From contig NC_057753.1 of assembly GCF_004010195.1 (NCBI RefSeq), forward strand, positions 940,330-1,004,329: a stretch of DNA of 64,000 bases. The letters are read 5' to 3'. The DNA comes from Chiloscyllium plagiosum (lineage: Eukaryota). This document shows positions 39,949 through 51,879 of this stretch, piece after piece. The translations under genes and the position numbers were made by a program. The notes beneath the pieces are model-generated. The model saw only the letters and a program-made list of their open reading frames with translations. It was not told the origin of the DNA and made no database searches. Every line of letters begins with the position of its first letter. Position 1 is the stretch's first letter.

Positions 39949-40223
39949 ATGTCTTTACTGGTTGGGTGGACCAAACACCGAAAACGATAATAAGGGGGGC
40001 AACCGAATCACTGACCATCAACTGCGTCCTAAGAGATCCGAGCTATGCATTTTATAGCACGTACTGGTATCTAACAAAATTGGGCGCAACAAACAAGGAG
40101 AGCATGTCGATTGGCGGTCGGTACGCTGAAACAGTGAACAAGGGTTCAAATTCCTTTTCACTGCGAATTACTGATCTCAGAGTTGAAGACAGTGGCACTT
40201 ATCAGTGTGGAGCATGTTTTGAT
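39949..40223 (+). CDS. IgNAR: VNAR variable exon (germline V segment): (N)[91 protein letters not shown]
   Basis: Acceptor ttcatccAG at 39947-39948 and open frame (ORF 39879..40355). Canonical VNAR Cys22, Trp36, Cys83, no CDR2, GGRY and DSGTYxC motifs. Ends at an RSS heptamer. Confidence 0.97.
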
Positions 40224-40261
40224 CACAGTGATCAACCTCGATCTTCCACCATTCAAAAACA
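40224..40261 (+). other. V 3' recombination signal sequence, 22-bp spacer
   Basis: Perfect heptamer CACAGTG 40224-40230, 22-nt spacer, nonamer TCAAAAACA 40253-40261 (7/9 to ACAAAAACC). Confidence 0.9.
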
Positions 40262-40461
40262 CCATCAAATCTTCTGTGAAGTAAATTGGATTTGGTTTGC
40301 CGTTTCAACACTCAAAGTTCATTTTGAGGTCACCATTTATGATATGGAATGCTAGGAGGCAGGTTCTAAATGATTGTTATCAATATTCAGCAGAGAAATT
40401 TAGAGAAAGTGCACTTGTATATTCAGTGCTGTTACATAACTTAGAGTTACGAGCGAGCATT

Positions 40462-40552
40462 TATTTTTGCACTGGGATGTATCACTGTGAGAGCGGCTAT
40501 GTAACATGCAATACCACATTGAATAATCAGTGATTACAGGAATGCAGAAATG
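40462..40552 (+). other. D segment (coding 40490-40514, AGAGCGGCTATGTAACATGCAATAC) flanked by 5' 12-RSS and 3' 22-RSS
   Basis: 5' side: TATTTTTGC (40462-40470), 12 nt, CACTGTG (40483-40489). 3' side: CACATTG (40515-40521), 22 nt, GCAGAAATG (40544-40552, weaker nonamer, 5/9). Confidence 0.82.
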
Positions 40553-40866
40553 TCTTCCCACATCTGAATCCACTCTCCATGTGAAGTATTACTTGCATGC
40601 TTTAATACCTCATGCTTAAAGGTTTCTTGCAACTGTTAGGGCCTAGAAACTCCGATACACAGATTTTCATACTTTTTTCATTGATTATTACGTGAATGTT
40701 AACATCATAGCCACACACCAATATCAATAAGTATTTGACAAGTGGTTGAGAATTATAAACGTTGACTGGGAAAAAAATATAAAGGGAATGACTTGCATCA
40801 TACTTGATATCGATCAATCAATATCCTGGAACTTTTGAAAGGTTTCGGTGATATTTACAACAAGTG

Positions 40867-40894
40867 ATTTATTGTGCTGATGTGAAACAATGTG
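40867..40894 (-). other. 12-bp-spacer RSS in front of the J (D-J) segment
   Basis: On the + strand: ATTTATTGT (40867-40875, 6/9 to GGTTTTTGT), 12 nt GCTGATGTGAAA, CAATGTG (40888-40894). Confidence 0.7.
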
Positions 40895-40941
40895 TACATG
40901 GAGTGAAGGAAGCGGCACCATTCTGACTGTGAAACCTGATG
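40895..40941 (+). CDS. IgNAR: J segment (probably germline-joined D-J): TWSEGSGTILTVKPD(G)
   Basis: GAA GGA AGC GGC ACC ATT CTG ACT GTG AAA CCT matches the IgNAR FR4 EGxGTILTVKP. Donor GTAAGT at 40942, phase 1. Confidence 0.92.
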
Positions 40942-42949
40942 GTAAGTGCCCCTCTTTCTACTTATCGCTATGAGTATGCTGAGAAGTTATAAAGAATGAT
41001 TTCTAAAAGAGGTAGAACTGTCCAACTTGAGATGCAAAACATTTTGTCATGAACAATTTGTGCGTGCTGTAGTTGATGTGTCTTAGATTTCAAACACCTT
41101 TGCAGATTTTGTTTGAGTAAGTTTATGTAATTATATAAATATAAACGTGTAATATAGCTGGGAACAAGCCAATATTTAAATATTTAACATGCTTGGCACA
41201 GACAACATAAGATGCGTATTTGAGTAGATGATGGAATCAGGCGGTTAACAAAGGAAACTGCCCAGGATGGGAGGCTGTTGAAAGACATATTTGTGTGACA
41301 TAAATATACAAGATTTCCAATCGGAACAATTAATACAAGTTTGAATTGAGGAAAGCTTTCATCTAACCTTATTGTTTTTGGATTGTATCCAAAATTAATA
41401 TGTTTCAAAAGACAAGCCTTATTATGTAAAATAATATCGATTACTTTAGCATTATGACAAAAGCAGCAAGTAGGACGTCCGCTTTTGAAACTTGAAAAAC
41501 AGTAGCTCGCTAAATATGGGCTTCATACTAATGGTTGCTAGGAGTTGAAGTTCATGTGTTCCAGTTGCACAAAATGTAGATTTGTTGTGCGCTGATTACA
41601 ATAGGGTCCAATTTCAGATAATCAGCAGAGTGTAATTTTACTGCAATTCAGCATGAAATCAGATTGCTGGAAATCTGCTCTCCTCGATACATGACCATGT
41701 GATTTGAAGTTTGTTGTGTTTAAGATTGTATCGAATATTCGAGAACTTTGAAATCATTGTATTTGTAGTGTGAACTGTTAGTTTGAATTTAAAATGGAAA
41801 CCGTGGCGCCCATCGATTCAATGTTTACTGCTAGAGTAGAATAGTTTAGTCTTTGACTTACTGATTACACTCATTGTTATCTGATTGAATTATTTTAAAC
41901 ACATCATGGTACCTGTCTACTTAGAATCGTTTGCCTTCATACCAAACAGAGTTGATGTGTACACGATGGCATTGTTTTTGTAATGCAGTCAACTTGCTGT
42001 CATATGCTTGGACAGGTTAGTATTAGTGCAGGCAATCTGAGTGGAAACCCCCATAAGTGGTTAGTAATTGACAACACTTAATTTAAAAACAGGTCAGAAG
42101 CCAGGCTTCACGTTAGGAAGGGGCAACGCTGACAAAGATTGTGATTTCAAAAAACTCGTTTGACTGTAAGCTGGTGCCATGTTACTTCTAACATTGCCCA
42201 TTCAGTCCAACGTCATCACCTTCACAACGACAAAACAAACCCTGGCTTCGCATTGGTAGCAATCCCACAGGAAACATTCACTCCACTAAGCAAAAACTTC
42301 TACAATTTACGCATTCGCAGAGTAATGTAAAAACGTAGGAAACGATTTTAGTACATCTAGAGGATGCATAGAATAGTGTGCCCTGACACAAACACTTTCA
42401 CTTGTAATTGAAAAGTAAATAGAACCTCCACTGCAATGTTGACAGTGTATTGGTAGATTTCCAGAAAATAGCTCTATCTCTTTGAATGAGATGGAATTGG
42501 GAGCAGTTACATCATGGAAATATAATTAATTTACTCGCTGTCTTTCATGCTCATGGAAAGCTAATTTTTATGCCTTGTCATGTTTCACTATAATGGTTAA
42601 AAACTTCCCAAATATTAATATTTCCTTTTCTGATTTACAATCACAATACAATTCATTTTGACTTATACGTTAATAGGACTACATTTACAAATACAGAGAT
42701 CACTTGTTCTACTTCTGAAACCTCTCCTCAGCCAGATCCATTAGACTCTATTTTTTGCCTGCAAAAGGCTTTGACATATGGCAAAAACAGTCGTTAAAAT
42801 TTGACCTAAAATCAAATCTGAATGGGATGATCTAAGCAAATAACGGCTTTCCACCTTCACATAAGGGAAAGTATGTTGGAGGAAATCAGATCAGCTGGAC
42901 AGATTAGCAAATGACATGATCGTGACGATTAACATTCTATATTAAGCAT

Positions 42950-43270
42950 GGAAACTGAGAAAATGGGAGTAGCAGGAGACCAGGCTCCAACACTCAGTAC
43001 GATCACGATGGATCAATCAACTCAATTGTCTGTACCTGCTTTCTCCAATACTGCTTAATCCATTTCGCCCTAAGAACTATTTTTGAAACGATCTCAAAAA
43101 CAAACAATGTTTCAGCCTCAACAGCTTTCTCTGACCGAGAACTACACCAATCCACTACCCTCTGGGTGAAGAGATTTAACTTGTTACAATATTATGGACA
43201 CCTATTAGAGTTGTCTTTTTCCTTTTGCTCTCCTGTGAATATGACCATACCGAATTCAGTCTCTCGAACA
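42950..43270 (-). mobile_element. Old CR1 3' end in the J-C1 intron
   Basis: CCACTACCCTCTGGGTGAAGAGATTT and flanks match CR1 3' region. Confidence 0.6.
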
Positions 43271-44312
43271 TATCAGTCCTGCTGCCCCAAGCATTAGTGT
43301 GTTACCAGTTTGATCTGATAATCTGTGTAGCTGAAGGGAAATAATAGGCGCATATGGTTATGAAACAAAATTCGGAGGTTCAAGTATTTCATCTTCAAAA
43401 TAGAACAATAAATTGTCGGTAGGAATCTTTCCAGTAGGACAGACGAAAGGCTGCAGTGAGACAGTCATTTGGCTTCATGAAAATTGTTCACGCCTTGGAA
43501 CTTTATCAAAACAATTGTTTCCCTTCCAGCTTGAACAACACGACGACTGATATTACTTTTGTATGTACGTTACTTTGGTTCATTTATGTAATAGTTCCTC
43601 TGAACATTTTATGGAATGCTTAAATGATGAAAATTGAGCTTCAAATGTATTTCCCTTAAATGGATGGCAGGGATGTTCGGGGTCAATTTGATAGTTCTTT
43701 TCTCTCACTGAAAACAGTGAATAAGACAATGGTATACTGTCTATGTCAGTCGAATTTACACAAGAAGAATACCTGTTATATTCAAAACTGCCCAGCAATA
43801 TGAACTTGATACCTACATTATTGCTTATTTGTCAGCTAGTTAGTCTCACTGCTTCCAACTTGTTATTTCATTAACACATCTGTTAGTATTTAAAGAGCCC
43901 TTTTCGACGTTATTATCATGAAATATTAATCAGTGTCTCTCAAGTTTCCATTATTTTGTGGAAATTCCTTTCCTTTCCATCAATGCTTGGAATGCCGCAT
44001 GTTTCATCTTTACCAGTTTTAATTGATTTTTTTTTAAAATGGGATGTGGGCTTCGCCAGCTGAGGCAGCATTTATTTTAACCCCAGCAAATTTAGGGTAC
44101 AAATGCCCTCTGCCCTATAAAATATGGCATAAACGTGACTGCATTCTTCAGAATGATTTAGTGATTTTATTGTAATTATTGGCAAATTAGGCCAAGTCCG
44201 TCCTCCAATCCGACATGTAATTTCATAAAATCAGTTGCAGTCTCCTCTACTTCAAAGGAATCATAAACTCTGTATTTTCTTTGTCGTATTTCATATTACT
44301 GAGAAATTGCAT

Positions 44313-45034
44313 TGCTATGAAGGTGTTGAGGTGTACTGTAACTTTAAGAGAGTTGAAAAGCTAACAAAGACTAACCGAAAGCGCAGAGTGTCCTGAAACG
44401 GTATACATGTAACACTGGGTTGAAACAAATTGCTGTAGCTGATTTGCTGTGAAAGAAAATCAAATTCAAACTCAGCCAATCAGTTTAAATTATGCTCCAA
44501 GATACTAAAATCCAATCAAATTTGAATTTAGCATTTTGATAATATTAAAACCAATGAAACGACCCGATGTTTTGGTGTATAAAACGTGACATTTTGAACA
44601 TTTAGTGTGAGAACTACCAAAGGCCAACAAATTAAGACTGCTAGCTGAAGGGTTCTCTGAACGATTCATGTATGTGGCGAATTTGCGCAGCAGGACATCG
44701 ATGCCGACCTGGAGGAAAATCTACAAAGAAGAATTGACGAATCTGACTGATATTTGAAACGTGATTTTTATTTTGTAAATCCTAATTTTTTTTATCGGAC
44801 TAGTATAGTAGAGCGGGAGTTAAGACATAGGTTTCAGAGGAAGTAGTTGTAAATAGTTGTTGGTTTTAATATTTATTGTTGAACTTAAAGAAGAACGTTG
44901 TTCATTTTAACTTTAAATAATGACCTCTGAGATAGTTCATTGCCTCTCGAATTTTAACAGATTACAGCACGAGGTGAACCATTTCTGTGTGGGTGGTTTA
45001 AATTTGCAGAGGGGTTTACCCTGTATTGTAAACA
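44313..45034 (+). mobile_element. Possible solo LTR
   Basis: ~720-bp block starting TG and ending TGTAAACA with internal GTATAAAA (~44577). No clear target-site duplication. Confidence 0.3.
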
Positions 45035-45069
45035 TATGCTGACTTCATTTGCTTTACAGTATATGTTCA

Positions 45070-46200
45070 GGACCTTATCAATGCCAACTCAAAGTATAAA
45101 TATAGCATCCAAGTATAAATTCGGCCAGGAGGGCTGTGAAACCATTCCTTGTAAGGCAGCCAGTTTATGCCAGAGGATTGTCACGTAACCCTTGTCCTGA
45201 ATTGCCTCTGGTACATTTACATTTCCTGTAAATGAGATGCTTAAAAATGTGTTGCTGGAAAAGCGCAGCAGATCAGGCAGCATCAAAGGAACAGGAGAAT
45301 CGACGTTTCCGGCATAAGCCCTTCTTCCGGAATGCCCGAAACGTCGATTCTCCTGTTTCTTTGATGCTGCCTGACCTGCTGCGCTTTTCCAGCAACACAT
45401 TTTTAAGCTCTGATCTCCAGCATCTGCAGTCCTCACTTTCCCCTGTAAATGAGATGACCAATATGAGACACTGCGCTCCAGTTGTAACCTGATCTGAATC
45501 TGATTTATATGAAAAATAAATAACTTCAATGCATTCGTGTCCTATTCCCCTTTTGATAAATAACATCATTGTTTTCGTTTTCTTAATTATTTGCTGGCCA
45601 TGTGTACTAACGTCAAACGATCTATCCATAAAGACACAGTGGTCATTCTGCAGCTTAGAGTTGTACCATTGTGATTGTTCTTTTCTATTCCTCTTGCCAA
45701 ATGTTCATCTTCTTCAGCAAATCCCCATAAAACACATCATTTTTCGTATTCTTACTCACACCTATCACGATATTTTTGTATTTTAACTGTGCCCTCTAAT
45801 GACTTAAAGCCCCTTTTAATTTTTGAGAGTTCAGCAAATTTGGAAAAAGGACATGTCCCTTTTTATCCAAGACATCAATTTCCAATAGTTGTAACTCCTA
45901 CATCGGTCCCTCTGGCACAAGGCTTAGCAACCTTAGGATTATTCCTGCAGACCTACTGTCACTTTCAGTTACCCAGCTATTCTCCTGTCCACTTCAGTCT
46001 TCCACCCCCTCCGTCTTTCATTAACTACAATCAGCTTTGATGGAACATGTTATTTACTGTCTTTAGAAAATCAGCAAACAGTGCAACCACTAAAACCCCT
46101 TTATCTAGATTTCTCAAATAAGAATTCCCTTTCCTAAAGCCATGAGCTTTTGAACTTATCCAGCTGAAACGTATTTCGAATACCCTCTAATATATCGTTC
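45070..46200 (-). mobile_element. Very old CR1 fragment
   Basis: Degenerate RT remnants (TCAGCAAATTTGG = KFA on minus; CTGAACTC-like vPQG region; VELQ.DH on minus). Confidence 0.5.
45240..45441 (+). mobile_element. Penelope-derived palindromic insertion with 15-bp target-site duplication
   Basis: Near-perfect inverted arms 45240-45316 and ~45332-45408; perfect direct repeats CCTGTAAATGAGATG at 45225-45239 and 45442-45456. Confidence 0.85.
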
Positions 46201-48493
46201 TGACAGTTCTGAATACTGGTTTGTGTCACTTCTTGTTCGCTATCTTAAAATGTTTTGATAAACTTATTAAATTTGATATCTTGCAATGTAAAGGACCTTT
46301 CCAGCAGTGGGGATGAGATGCAACAGTAAACACAAAACGTTAGTTATTTCACTCGCATTTTCTGTTCGGGTGCAAAGATGATGTCACGAGGGGACTGGCA
46401 GGTGTTGAGGCGCAGCTGCAACTATTTACTCAGTACTGTTTCTCCGCTACATGTCATTCCCCAGCTTTCATCTTTCATTTCACTTGCCGATTCATTTCTG
46501 ATTCTGGGGTGTTGTTTGTATTCTCTGCCGTGAAAACTAAGGCAAAATAAGTATTCTGTTCATTTCCTGTCTCCTTTATTTTGCAACATGATTTGCTTAC
46601 ATTCAGTTTGTACATGAACAATACTCAATTGGTGAATATTTTGTTTTCAAAATGCAGGTGTACTTAAAGGAACTCGTACTCTCTGTTTTTACTCCCTGGT
46701 TAGCTTCCTATCATAATCTGATGGTTCAGTAGTTACTAATTTTCAGATGTTTTGTTTCTGTAAATTGTAATGCTCTGACCTAGCATTTTGCTTATTCACA
46801 ATTGCAACCATTTTGCTTAATTTTGACATTATCTTAAATCACAGATAGCAGGTCCGAACCTTGGAATACTCCTTACTCTTTCAAATGCACTTATTTATTT
46901 GATCTGAAATGTCTCCTTTCTTACCTGCCACTATATTACGATTGAATTCTCCTCCATCTGATTTTCCAATTCACTTCGGTAAGCTCCGATTTCGTGTCTT
47001 CATAAGCTCCTTTTGTAAAAAATCATGTTTTCTCTCTCAATTTGAATATAAAATGCAATTATGTTAATGTTCCTGATCCCTGAGGTGGGGGGCCTTCACA
47101 ATTTCATAATGAATAAATTCTATCTCATTCCTTCATTGAAGGAGGCTCAATACACGTCAAAATCGTGCGATTTGAATGAACTATTCCAAACTCTTTGTAC
47201 AAGCTCCATGCGTGGGCTGTCGTTATACATCTGACATCCACAGTTATTTTACAAATAATATCTCGCATAATGATTACTGATTTTCTGTGTAAGCACTCAT
47301 AACGTCTTTCTTTATGCTTCCCCTATCATCCAGTTACACAAGGGTGACCCAAACACCACTCTCAAAATTAAAATCTTGAACTGGTGATTTCTCAACTTCA
47401 TTCAAACCCATTCCACGGGCTTCTTTCCTCAAATGGTGTCACCTCTTTCCCTTTCATAAAATAAGAAGACCAAATTCTGAAGACACTCAACCATTCTGGC
47501 AGCATTTGTTGAGAGACAGAGACAGAATGTGCTTCCAGTTTGATATGACTCTGCTACACCTCTTTCTGTTATGCAAATAGCATTGTGAATGAACTGTTAC
47601 ACTTGTACGGGATCATTGCCCCCTCCTCCGTCTTTTCTATATCATTTAACGCATATAATCCATGTCATCTTACAGGAACGATAATGGTGAAGGCCAAGAA
47701 CAGCTTTATAATCTCTTGGCCTTAGCATGTTCTGAATATGAGCGTGGATGTTGTTAATGTCAATTTAAACTAATGTATCTATGATACTTGTCAGAAAGTG
47801 TCAGAAAACTGCAGTTTTCACACAGCATGATTGAGAGGACATAAACACATGCATGAGCTCGTCAATTGCAGGTGGACAAATTATTATGCAGGTGTATGGT
47901 GTTACCAAGATAGTCATTGCCATGGAAGATATTTCAACATGTTAATATCTAATTTTCCATTAAAGTGATGCCTTTTTTGACAGTGTGCTTGCTGGAGATC
48001 ATGAGAGAGTGCTCATGTGTAAAATGAAAAAAGAATGTAATCAACTCGATATTTAGTAAGTGGGTGATAGCTGCTCCTGTGGTGCATTATTTCATTAAAA
48101 AAATTCACAAGCGATATTTTCTCGTGTGATGTATGATGTGACTGCTGATTTGTGATTGACATTGGGGATTAATTAGAAGTCAGCAGTGGACAAGTATAAA
48201 AAGCTAAGAGCATGTTTATCTCCGGCCGTTGTAATAGTAAGAATGGGGCCGTGGCTGAATCTGAACATATAGAAGAGAAATTTAATTCAAAAGTATTGTC
48301 TAGCTTTGAGATAATACTTTGATGGGTGAACAAGAAGTGCAATTTAGGATCTGGCTGCAGAATTCAGATTAGATTTACTTTTAAGAATTTGAAGATGTGA
48401 TCCCAGCGTGGATAATGGTGGAATACTCTAAGCTAACTTTGAAGAGCTTGGAAGTTCCTGCAGGAACCAGCCTCGCTGTCAAGAAAAGGTAGC

Positions 48494-48800
48494 CAGCATT
48501 CTCAAAGATCCATCCTACATTGACAATGCTTTTCTACAAAAGCTACCATCGGGGAGAAAGTACAGAAGCCTAAAAACACGCACCAGCCGTTTTCAACACA
48601 GTTTCTACCCTGCTGTTGTTAGAGTACTGAATGGACTCACAAAACCTGAACATTCGCCTGTAGCTGTGCTTTTGTTTTTGCCCCTGTTTACCGATTATAT
48701 ACTTATCTATGCTACTTAACTCTGGGGTCTGTCTGTATTGCACGGAAGACAAAGTTTTTCACTGTGCCTCTGCACACATGACAAAATAAGTCAATGCAAA
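48494..48800 (+). mobile_element. Rex1/Babar-type LINE 3' end
   Basis: Translates as SILKDPSYIDNAFLQKLPSGRKYRSLKTRTSRFQHSFYPAVVRVLN, the typical C-terminus (LPSGRRYR...RF.NSF.P), followed by a 3' UTR. Confidence 0.75.
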
Positions 48801-49439
48801 GTCAAATTCAAAGTTATTTAAAGTCACAGGTCAGCTGAGGCATTGTCGAAACAGGAGGTGGTTTGCAGTAACAAGCATGTGGTCGTCCTGATGGCTGTAT
48901 TAAGCAGTCTGATGCTCACAAAAAGATAAATCCCTGCTTGTGAACAGTTTGGTCAGATGGTTGCTTTGGTGGCAATAGGTTATTTTTAGGGGAAAAGAAA
49001 ATGTCATCTCTTTCCCTGACAGGAACGCTTTAAATTTATGAGGTTCAATCAAAACCTGAATGGAAAGAAGCCCATTTGTGTGTATTGGGAACATAAGGGA
49101 TTTGTTGAAAACAAAATAAATGTCTGAATAAAGGGGGATATTAAGTGATATCTTTTACGATCGAGTTGGATTTTAGGTTCAAGGAACTTTGGTCCAAAAG
49201 GAGCGATGCTCACAAAATGTCACTGTGTACATTGTACAACAGCAAGGCGCAAAACATTTTGAAAACTAATTTTAGGAAACGCATGAGATTTTGGGACGTA
49301 GGAATATGGTTTCCTCCGTGTAATAGTTGTTAACTGTTCATTTCTACTCCCCGATGATCCTCTGACAACAGTGATAGAAAATCATAGTCCGAAGATGGCG
49401 AATTAATCTATGCGTGCTGCCAACGTCTAAAACCTGTTT

Positions 49440-49730
49440 GCAAGAACCAGGGTCACAGTGTGAGGGTTCAAGTTGGACCATTGAGAACAGAAAAGAGTAG
49501 ACATTTCTTCACCCAAAGAGTGGTGAGCCTGTGGAACTCATTACCACAGGCAGTAGTTGATAACAAAGCATTTAATGTAATCAAGAGGTGGTGAGATATC
49601 GCACTTCGACCGACTGATATGAAAAGTTATGGGTAGAAAGCGGGATGAGGCTACTAAGGAATGACGGAGCAGGCTAGAACGGCCGAATGGCTTCCTCCTG
49701 TCCCTCTCTTCTATGTTTCCATGTTTCGAT
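49440..49730 (+). mobile_element. CR1 3' end
   Basis: TTTCTTCACCCAAAGAGTGGTGAGCCTGTGGAACTC...GGCCGAATGGCTTCCTCCTG, tail TTCTATGTTTCCATG. Confidence 0.8.
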
Positions 49731-50499
49731 TTGTTTGAGTTTCTACTTCAGTAAGGAGCAATCTTGCTCTCACTACGATATGAACAAGGCCTCCAGATAT
49801 CTTCACTCTTCGATGTAAAAATACACTTCTGTTGCCTTACCAAAACCAAAATGACACTTTCCTTTAGAAAACCTTGTACAAAATTAAATCCCAATAATTA
49901 TGTGAGATCAAATTGCCTTGTTAAAACAAATTATTGGCAATAAATCATTAATATTTCGAGAAATGTCTATTTTTTAATTAGCAAGGCATAATTTAAAAAG
50001 TCCACAAAGAATAAAAAGAGGGGATGAGAATACGAGATATTGATGGAGGAGTATTACAGAACCTCGAATCTCGGAGGCAGGAAGTACAGCGATTAAGTTT
50101 GAAATAGTTAAAATCAGGAATTCTCCAGAGGCCAGTACATCAATATTTATTTCTCAGATGATTTGAGCTCGAGGAAATTTTAGAGCAGTAATTGAGAGAA
50201 GCCATTGAGAACTTGAAGATAAGGAAGGGAATACTGAAATCGAGGGATGATTGACATGGCAACTTTGTGATCACAAAGCAGACAGATGATCATGGCTAGT
50301 TATTTGGCCAGAGATTAAGACACTGGTAGAAGGCGAGGCTTAGCCCCAAAGTTAGAAAATGGGAGATTAGCCAGGGATATATTTTCTAGATTGCGCAGAT
50401 TTATGACTTAATGTTTGAACAAATCGATAAGCTGAGCATCAGAAACACGGTGAAGTTAGATGTAAAAATATGTGTTCATAACGGGAAAGTCAGGAGGCG

Positions 50500-51600
50500 A
50501 CCATTTGTAGGTTTATAAAATCATGAAAACCATGTAAAAGGGAAATATCAAAAGTATTTTCCCTAGAGAGTGGAGTTAAAATCTAGACGAGATCTCAGAC
50601 GATTAAGCTGAAAGGGAAAAGATTTTAAAGGAACTGAGGGTCAGGTTTTTCGCACAGAAGACGGTGTATATATGGAAAGAACTGCCAGAGAAAGCGCTAG
50701 AAATTGTACAGTTACAACATTTAGAAGAGATTGAGAAGCTACATGAACAGTAAGTGTTTGTAGAATATGGACCAAATATCAGCAAATGAAGAAGGCGCTT
50801 GGAATGCATTGCTTTTTTCGTCCGTGTGCCGAGTATAAGAATTGGGAGGTCATGTTGCGGCAGTACGGAACATTGGTTAGATCACTATTGGAATACTCTA
50901 TGTAGTTCTGGTCTCGCTACTTTGAGAAGGACGTTCTGAAGCTTGAAAGACTTCAGAAAAGATTTACAATTAGGTTGTCAAAGCTTAAGGGTTTGAGTTG
51001 GATTAGTGGTGCTGGAAAAGCACAGCAGTTCAGGCAGCATCTGAGGAGCAGTATCATTGTTTTTTCGGGCAAAGACCCTTCATCAGGATGAAGGACCTTT
51101 GCCGGAAACGTCGATTTGACTTTTCTCGGATGCTGCCTGAATTGGTGTGCTTTTCCATCACCACTAATCCAGAATCTGGTTTCCAGCATCTGCAGTCAAT
51201 GTTTTTACCTTAAGTGTTTGAGCTACAGAAGAGACTGAATAGGCTGGGGTTATTTTCTGTGGATTGTCAGAGGCTGATTTGTGAGCCTTCAGAGGTTTAT
51301 AAAATTATGAGTGGCATAATTTCACTCATGCCATACACATAATGTCTTTGCCCCTGGGTTGGGGAGTCCAAAGCTAGACGGTGTGGGATGGGAAAGATAT
51401 GAAAGGCTCCTAAATGACAATTGTTTCTCACTGAGCATGTTGTGTTTATGGAACGAGCTGCCTGATGAAATGCTGGAAGTTGTTAAAATTACAATATTTA
51501 AACTGCATCTTAAACAAGACTAATTTAGGATACCTGATCCACATGGACGAGTTGGACCGAAACGTCTTTTTCCTTGTTGTCAATGATACTAAGACTCTGA
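50500..51600 (+). mobile_element. Two tandem CR1 3' fragments just upstream of C1
   Basis: Standard CR1 3' motifs repeated twice (50500-50800, 50800-51600). Confidence 0.8.
51000..51208 (+). mobile_element. Penelope-derived palindromic insertion inside a CR1
   Basis: Inverted arms about CTTCATCAGGATGAAG; flanking repeats CTTAAGGGTTTGAGTT (50984-50999) and CTTAAGTGTTTGAGCT (51209-51224). Confidence 0.82.
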
Positions 51601-51879
51601 ATGGGACAAGTTCAATTTTAGAAAACCGGTCAGCGTGGACAAATTCGATTGAAAGATTTCTTTCTGCTTTTTTTAACCTCAGTCAGTCTATCTAGTTTGG
51701 AGCTCACCTCAATGTTAAATATGACGCCAACATTGAGAGTAGCCTCTTTTAGCAAAACGGTATTCTCAGACAATAATATGATTTTTTGTAATATTTGAGA
51801 GAAATAGATTGTACAGGATTTCACAGAAATAATCGAAAAATCTATACACATGAGAATAAGTCTTAATTTGTAATTTCAG

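Noticed and set aside
40841-40876. Alternative J RSS: GGTTTCGGT-20 nt-TATTGTG
   Set aside because: A 20-nt spacer is non-standard, the heptamer is poorer, and it would be incompatible with the 22-RSS on the D. The 12-RSS at 40867-40894 fits better, though this is not fully excluded.
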